From: Pseudomonadota bacterium
GTDB taxonomy: Bacteria > Bdellovibrionota_C > UBA2361 > OMII01
Length of the DNA: 64,000 bases
Assembly: GCA_038134595.1 (NCBI GenBank)
Contig: JAYPVM010000007.1
Span: 32,001-96,000 of the forward strand
Direction: 5' to 3'
The notes under the pieces are model-generated. The model saw only the letters and a list, made by a program, of their open reading frames with translations, was not told the origin of the DNA and made no database searches. A program made the position numbers and the translations under genes. Positions 60,741 through 64,000 of the stretch are shown here, in pieces. The first letter of the stretch is position 1. Each line of letters begins with the position of its first letter.

Positions 60741-63614
60741 ATGTTTGAAAAATCGCTGGATAGCCGAGTCCTTCGTTTCCAAGTTGAAATTGGGAGCAAT
60801 GAGTACCAAGCCGTCCTTAAACAGCTTAGAGGAATTGAATCCGGTCACGAGGACCCAAAAAGTCGTCCTGCCCGTCGGGCGGTTCAAGCACTCGTGGATC
60901 TCGACCTCTCGAGTGGGTCGTATCTAATTAGTAAAATCCAGAATCATCAGCTACCGAAAGCACTGGCGATTGCACCAACGACAGAAACTCACCAACACCT
61001 CTCATCTGCGATCACAAAAGAGATAGACAGGCAGGGAAACAGTGCTCTAATCGCGCAACTTCAGAATATCATTCAATCCTGTCCTCAAATCTCATCTACA
61101 AGTGTGAGAATTCGCATGGCAGATCTGTCGGTTGTAACGCCGATAACGCATCCAACCAACAAAATTTCTCACGTTCCAATACTTGCCTCATTAGCACCGA
61201 CGATATCTCTTGATTTCGATGACACTCCACCAGTTGTAATTTCAAAAGACCTCACCTACGATCCCATTCAGGCACTCAACACGATCGCTGACAGCATCTC
61301 CTTCGAGGCCCCTCCTACGGTTACCGTCGATAGAAACGCCTGGACCCTGAGCTTGGCACTGCGCATGCCAAATCTACCGGACGACACTACCTTTCAGATC
61401 TATGCGCACTGGGGAAGCTACGGAGAACTTACCACCCCGTGGCGAGATGAGCTCCTTGCAACAATTGAACAAACAAAAACCGGTCGCATTCATAACATCT
61501 CTTTTACAGGAGAGGCTCTTATCCGCGGCGAATATGGAATCGCTTTCTTCATTACAACTCAAGCAAGCTCCGCCCGCATATGGCTGGGTTCGCTCGCTGG
61601 TGGCGATACCCCATTTACAATCGATTGCGATGACATCAACTCACAACAAAAACGTATTCAAGCTCACCAGGATACTCAGCTTGATTTTGTTCGCCACATC
61701 GATAGAGCTATCGAGAACCCCCAAGAATTCTCTTCACTAACATCCGCAAAATATTCTCAAAATCCGACACGCACCCTCGGAGCTTGCCTTGCAGACAAGC
61801 TAGGCATGTCGCAAAACGAAGACAACGCGCTTCAAACAGTATTGGACCGTATCGGGGTACTCTCTACCGGGGAAGAGGTCAAGAATCATATCCTTCAAAA
61901 CTATGGCCTGGGAGAAGTGGTCTTTATCTCTCCAGAGGGCCCACACGCGGGAGCCGGTGGCCTGGCACAAGTAATATCAGGGCTCCCACCAACAATCGCG
62001 CGAAATCAAATCCCTACGACGATAATCTCTCCACTCTATGCCTATGCAAATGGCAATAAACACAAGTCAGCACAAGACATTCTCCATGGCGGTATTGTAC
62101 TAGGGGACATGAAGGTAATACCGGAGTATGCTTGCTCTATTCGGATTGATCTTGGCCCAACATATTCAATAGGAGGCTCTACCCATAAACGTCCCCCCTC
62201 CTCTCTCACGTGCAAAGTATATCTGGCACAATCCGGCAACTTGCGGCTCTTCTTGGTGGCAAACAGTAGTACGTTTGATCGACTCTACCAACCTGTATAC
62301 GCTGATGAACAGCTCCGACGGGCCATTGCCTTCTCTCGCGCATCTCTTGAAGTAATTGCACAAGAAAGCCTGCTTGTAAGACCTTCAATCATCATTTCAA
62401 ACGATTGGATGGCAGCGTGCGTTCCCGCTTTATGCGCTCTTGACACTCGGTATAATCAGATTGATTGGCTGCGCGATGCAAAAACAATTCATATGATCCA
62501 TAACGGTGGGGCTGATTATCACGGGCGCCTCCCACTTCACTTTGGGGATGAAGATCTTTGGCCGATGATTAATTTAGCCCCAGAGCACTATTTTGGCTTC
62601 CGAGATCCCTATCGCGCAGATCTCTTAAACCTGACCATGGCTGCGACGCAACACGTATCCGGAGGGGTTCTTACCGTAAGTCAGCCGTATGCCGCAGATC
62701 TGCTCTCAGATATTGGCAGTGACGGGCTCCACTATGTATTGCAGCACAAAAAAGACCGTGTTTTCGGTGTCAGTAACGGCATCAATAGAGCTCACATTGA
62801 TTCTTATCTCGCGCTTCGAACTGGCTCTAGCCAGGAAACATTGTGCGGCACAGATGAGATACTCAACGCCAAGGCTATTCTCAAACAAGAGATGCAAAAT
62901 AAATATCGACTTACCTTAGACCCCAAAGCTCAAGTCCTGTGCATGGTCGGTCGCATCGCTGAGCAAAAAGGCCTCTATCTCCTTACGGGATATGTAGCTG
63001 GATCTAACCACTCTACTCTTGAGGACATCCTCATTCGACATTCGAACACACAGATACTTGTGGCCGGTCCTGTTACCGCCGGCGATCAAAACGCCTCAGA
63101 TTTCTGTAAGAATCTCACGTATCTTCAGGGAAAGTATCCAGGAAGAGTTGCTGTTGACTTCTCTTACCTCTCTCACTCATGTGCACTTGATATCATAGCT
63201 GGAAGCTCCCTCTTTCTTATGCCTTCTCGATTTGAGCCAGGTGGGATAGCACAACTAGAAGCGTTAGCTGTGGGAACTCCTGTTGTCGGTAGGGCCGTCG
63301 GTGGAATTTCAGCTACAGTGATTAATTTTGATCCTGATTCTAAGCTGGGGACAGGATTTCTCTGTTACGACTATGATCCAACTGCTTTTGCTCACACAAC
63401 ACATTGGGCTTTAGACACTTGTAACAATCCTAAACTATACACGGCTCTCGTCGCCCAAGCATTCAAAGCTGATCACTCATGGGATCAACGATCCGCCCAA
63501 TTTACCGCCATCCTACAATCAGTCAGCCTAGGCGAGGAGCGCCTCAAAAGCTTATCTTCTCTTGAAAACACACGAGCACTCCTTGATCAAAGTAGAGCTT
63601 GGAGGCAACAATAG
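60741..63614 (+). CDS. glycogen/starch synthase-like GT5 protein with long N-terminal extension
   Basis: C-terminal about 570 aa: SPE...GGLAQV, NDW, IHN, TVSQPYA, GVSNGI, GRIAEQKG, MPSRFEPGGIAQLEA, VGG. Confidence 0.82.
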   Translation: MFEKSLDSRVLRFQVEIGSNEYQAVLKQLRGIESGHEDPKSRPARRAVQALVDLDLSSGSYLISKIQNHQLPKALAIAPTTETHQHLSSAITKEIDRQGNSALIAQLQNIIQSCPQISSTSVRIRMADLSVVTPITHPTNKISHVPILASLAPTISLDFDDTPPVVISKDLTYDPIQALNTIADSISFEAPPTVTVDRNAWTLSLALRMPNLPDDTTFQIYAHWGSYGELTTPWRDELLATIEQTKTGRIHNISFTGEALIRGEYGIAFFITTQASSARIWLGSLAGGDTPFTIDCDDINSQQKRIQAHQDTQLDFVRHIDRAIENPQEFSSLTSAKYSQNPTRTLGACLADKLGMSQNEDNALQTVLDRIGVLSTGEEVKNHILQNYGLGEVVFISPEGPHAGAGGLAQVISGLPPTIARNQIPTTIISPLYAYANGNKHKSAQDILHGGIVLGDMKVIPEYACSIRIDLGPTYSIGGSTHKRPPSSLTCKVYLAQSGNLRLFLVANSSTFDRLYQPVYADEQLRRAIAFSRASLEVIAQESLLVRPSIIISNDWMAACVPALCALDTRYNQIDWLRDAKTIHMIHNGGADYHGRLPLHFGDEDLWPMINLAPEHYFGFRDPYRADLLNLTMAATQHVSGGVLTVSQPYAADLLSDIGSDGLHYVLQHKKDRVFGVSNGINRAHIDSYLALRTGSSQETLCGTDEILNAKAILKQEMQNKYRLTLDPKAQVLCMVGRIAEQKGLYLLTGYVAGSNHSTLEDILIRHSNTQILVAGPVTAGDQNASDFCKNLTYLQGKYPGRVAVDFSYLSHSCALDIIAGSSLFLMPSRFEPGGIAQLEALAVGTPVVGRAVGGISATVINFDPDSKLGTGFLCYDYDPTAFAHTTHWALDTCNNPKLYTALVAQAFKADHSWDQRSAQFTAILQSVSLGEERLKSLSSLENTRALLDQSRAWRQQ

Positions 63615-63670
63615 AGACTGTATTACTTCACAATCTCCCCTTAGTATACAAGCATCGAAGCTCCTGTTCC

Positions 63671-64000
63671 CTGACTGCAATCTCCAAAATCTCGCGCAGA
63701 ACTCTCCTCCTCTCTACCGCGGTGTCTCTTGGTCTTGCTTTATGGCTCTCCCCTGCTTGCGCACAATCCCGAAGTGTCACCGTTACCCGAGTAATCGATG
63801 GAGATACTATCGATGTAGTATCAGAGGGTCATCATCAACGAGTTAGACTAATCGGTATCGATACTCCAGAATCCCGAAATAATCAACGCTCCCTCATACA
63901 GGCCAACAAAGCAAACATTACAAAAAAAGAAATTATAAAGATGGGATCCTGCGCTCATTCGTTTACCGAGGCGCTACTGCCTATTGGACAACAAGTGACA
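63671..64000 (+). CDS. thermonuclease (SNase) family protein, 3'-truncated by window edge
   Basis: Frame open from 63599 to the window end: VTRVIDGDTIDV...VRLIGIDTPES; start codon uncertain. Not in the ORF track. Confidence 0.88.
   Translation, partial: MTAISKISRRTLLLSTAVSLGLALWLSPACAQSRSVTVTRVIDGDTIDVVSEGHHQRVRLIGIDTPESRNNQRSLIQANKANITKKEIIKMGSCAHSFTEALLPIGQQVT

Noticed and set aside
891..63846. Many short antisense or nested ORFs in the supplied track (e.g. 1136-1735, 41925-42497, 51730-52257)
   Set aside because: They overlap well-supported genes or lack motifs; treated as shadow ORFs
1..64000. CRISPR arrays, IS elements, prophage, rRNA/tRNA and stop-codon recoding
   Set aside because: No regularly spaced repeats, transposase, integrase or phage genes seen; conserved genes are full length under the standard code

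Overview
Gene-dense bacterial chromosomal segment, GC roughly 45-50% by eye, with no rRNA, tRNA, CRISPR array, integrase or transposase recognised. An outer-membrane porin and hldD indicate a diderm cell. Contents in order: end of an ECF sigma factor, YaeQ, a MacAB-like ABC exporter, an SLC13/TrkA-C permease, pgi, a PmtA-like methyltransferase, pssA, a degenerate UvrA-like protein, a DUF58-transglutaminase-TPR-MoxR operon, a sulfotransferase-like gene, yhhQ, and a tightly coupled operon of four integral membrane proteins plus a GlmL/MutL-type actin-fold ATPase and a barrel-sandwich/KOW protein with no glutamate mutase in the window. These are followed by a porin, two paralogous atypical RpoD-like sigma factors, an orphan nuoB, a divergent DExH helicase, a Tad/Flp pilus operon without secretin that ends in a PilB-N-domain/receiver fusion and a hybrid kinase, envelope and glycosylation genes, an N-terminally extended glycogen-synthase-like gene and the start of a thermonuclease. 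The best candidate for an undescribed system is the GlmL-membrane operon (22.3-29.2 kb). Next are the twin W-to-P sigma factors with the helicase, the Tad-linked signalling pair and the pseudo-UvrA. All family calls come from motif recognition by eye; no database search was run.
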